Positions 61,640 through 64,000 of a stretch of DNA of 64,000 nucleotides are shown here, piece by piece. The DNA comes from Lama glama (taxonomy: Eukaryota): NCBI GenBank assembly GCA_028534125.1, contig CM052832.1, positions 5,768,001-5,832,000 on the forward strand, written 5' to 3'. Each line of letters opens with the position of its first letter. Position 1 is the first letter of the stretch. Position numbers and translations under genes: made by a program. The notes below the pieces were generated by a model. That model ran no database searches and had not been told where the DNA came from. It saw only the letters and a program-made list of their open reading frames with translations.

Positions 61640-62201
61640 TGTCAGTATCCTCCAGCCGAAGACCACCAGAAATGCTATTAATTGGACAAATTTGGGTTTA
61701 ATGACTCATTGCAATGAGGAAAAACACACAGCTGGGGACTCTAAGCATTTCAGGAAGAAGGTATTAGAATGAACTTATTATATGATCTTTGCAGGTGTCA
61801 GGTGATTTGGAAGAGGGTTTAAGGCAGCATGGTTGGTTGCTGTCAAGAAGAGAGGGTAATTCTGTGGTCAATTATCTTAGCAATTCTTCTACCTAGACGG
61901 CAAGAAGGCTGACCAAGATTAAACGGTGATGGGTTAAGAAGCAGCCATCAATCCTGCTATTCTTGATAAGGGGTTGTTTGCTCTATTTTCTGTTTTGGAC
62001 GATATTTGCATTTTGTTTGTACTCAGTCATGATTATGGAGTGGTCTTATTTTGTCTCAATTCATCCTGGTCACAAAGTGATATTGTCTGATACTTTTTTG
62101 CCAAACAGTCTGTTGTCAACAGGATAACACAAAGCCCAGCTGGGAGGGCCAGACCAGCTCCTGGCAACACCAAGCTGTCAGGGCTACTTGTTCCTTTCTC
62201 A
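61640..62201 (-). mobile_element. ERV1 solo LTR (MER89/MER90-like) with perfect 4-bp TSD
   Basis: TG...CA termini; AAAG at 61636-61639 and 62202-62205; end sequence ggccagaccagctcctggc...gctgtcagggctacttgttcctttctca. Confidence 0.8.
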
Positions 62202-62569
62202 AAAGCAATGTGTATTCCTTTCCTAAAGCTAGAAGACAGAGGAAGCATTAAGAAGACAATGAAAAGCTTCCTGGGAGTCTTTTTCTCCCTGAATGGGAAT
62301 AGTAGAGTGAGGGGGAGAACAAGAAAGCAAACCCCAGGGTGCGTGCTGGCTCTGCCATGGAGACTCAGGTCTTGGCAGCATTGAGTTCCTGCAGCAGCGA
62401 AATATGAAAAGAGAGCCCCAGAGGTCCCCCTCAAAGCCAGCTCTGCTGTGGTGGTAAACAGAGACGGAGCCAGGCTGGATCTGGAAGCTAGCATCCCAAG
62501 TCAAATGACTGGAACGTTCTCCGTGGCCAGTATCCTGCAGCCGGCAGCACTGAGCTTCCCCATTCAGTG

Positions 62570-62780
62570 TAGCACTTCTCATGTGCCAAGCACATGTATT
62601 AACTCACCTTAAACTCAGAACAACCCTATGAGGTGGGTCCCATTGTGACTTCCTTCTACAGATGAGAAAACTGAGACATGGAGAGGTTAAAAAACAAGGT
62701 CACAAAGATAGGAAGTAGGAGACCTGGGATTTAGACTCAGGCAGTCTGGCTTTGGAGAAGGTGCTATTAATCACAGCATC
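62570..62780 (-). mobile_element. MIR SINE
   Basis: tgtattaactcaccttaaactcagaacaaccctatgaggtggg...tacagatgagaaaactgagacatggagaggttaa...aaggtcaca...ctgggatttagactcaggcagtctggct. Confidence 0.85.
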
Positions 62781-62858
62781 AAATAGTGTGACTTGACCTA
62801 GCTTTGCCCACTTTGACCAGTAGTAGGTTTTAGAATGCTCTCATCTCCTCTATTGTAT

Positions 62859-63021
62859 CTCTTCTCTCTCTTTTTCCTCTCTCTCTCCATATATATATAT
62901 AAAGTATATACATACATACATATCTCTGTCAATATATACACATGTATATGTATTTATATGTATGTGCATGTATATTCATGTATATACACATGTGAATAGG
63001 AGCAAACACACATACACACAT
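62859..63021 (+). repeat. Compound CT/TA/CA low-complexity tract
   Basis: ctcttctctctc...catatatatatat...tatacatacatacata...tgtatatgta...acacacatacacaca. Confidence 0.85.
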
Positions 63022-64000
63022 AGTGGGTTTTTTTAATTTTACCTTTATATAGAAGTTCAAGGTAAATTGTCAAAAATGATGGCATGCAAACTCTGGAATG
63101 AGACTACATGCCCTTTTCTATGCATTAAGATATGTGTGAAATTTATACCAGCTCTGAAAATCCTACGATGAGAATCTGTTACTAAATTCCTTTTTTTCTT
63201 TTTAGGGACCAGATAAAATCCTCTAACCTCCTGCTAAGAGCTAAGGGATGAGTGTCTGTTCAGATTCATTCTGAATCCCTTTTTCCTTCCTCCCTGCCTC
63301 TCTTCTCTGTGTTTTACCCTGCCTCATTCTGTACTGGGAAGGGGACATTTCAAGAGACGTCACTTTGTGCTTAAGGGTAATATGGAGCTAGACCCTCCCT
63401 CGCTGCACACCACCACCACAGGTTTTCAGGTAAAACCATCAAATATGTCCCTGACCTGAGCAGCTTGGAGCATTCCTGTTGAATCACTTGCTACCCTCTG
63501 ACTTTGTGGGTATATAGGTACCAAGATGTATCAGCCTTGGCCATCCTTTATGAATGGAGCTTGGTAATCACCTGTTTATTTCAGAAAAGAGTTGATTAAA
63601 AGTAGTCATTCTGCAGTTTTGCACTGATCACCACCTCTAGGTCAGACATCATGGGGATTAGAAAATGTCTGAAAAAAATTCAGCATCTCTCAGGTAGCAG
63701 GGGTGCTTTATCGACCCATTTCTACCCTGCCAAATAGCAACTTAGGACAGGTTTCTTAATTTCATATTCCATTCCCTACAGACATTTGTAATGCTGAATC
63801 GGCCAAATTAATGAATTACAAGCCAAGTTTGTAATTTGACATCATTGGTATCTAGTACCATCTCTGCTGAGTAACACTCAGCAAATGTCCTTCTCAGTAA
63901 AATGAGGCAAACTATATTTCACTAAATCTTACGCTGAATATAAGGCTGTTAATAACAATCATTGCAAGAACTTTAAAAATATCTTTAAAACTAGACAAAT

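Noticed and set aside
1..64000. CRISPR arrays, tRNA/snRNA/rRNA genes, processed pseudogenes, non-retroviral endogenous viral elements
   Set aside because: No regularly spaced repeats, RNA-gene signatures or recognisable protein homology were seen. A BLASTx/cmscan run would be needed to exclude highly diverged cases.

Overview
Mammalian (eutherian) nuclear DNA that appears non-coding: intronic or intergenic, with a 500-N assembly gap at 6596-7095. I recognise no host protein-coding gene, RNA gene, CRISPR array or prokaryotic system. The ORF-track entries are chance ORFs, microsatellite or gap artefacts, or LINE fragments. The window is dense in interspersed repeats, all named from memory of consensus sequences, so subfamily calls need RepeatMasker/Dfam confirmation and boundaries are approximate. 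They include ancient L2, MIR, HAL1 and L1M; MaLR, ERVL and ERV1 solo LTRs (several with target-site duplications, TSDs); hAT and Tigger MITEs; and five or six younger L1 3' fragments of cetartiodactyl type. Those L1 ends, together with the absence of ruminant, pig, whale, carnivore, horse and primate SINEs, suggest a camelid host (inference). The most interesting observations are: (i) two separate L1 copies whose internal-deletion junctions fall at the same 18-nt ORF2 sequence, one producing an in-frame ORF2 fusion; (ii) an L1 with intact TSD, endonuclease site and a possible 11-nt 3' transduction; (iii) a nested hairpin element; (iv) a cluster of TACTAAT (QKI/branch-point-like) motifs downstream of a candidate 24-nt microexon; and (v) a few unverified splice-site-bounded candidate exons. 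I found no convincing novel biological system.
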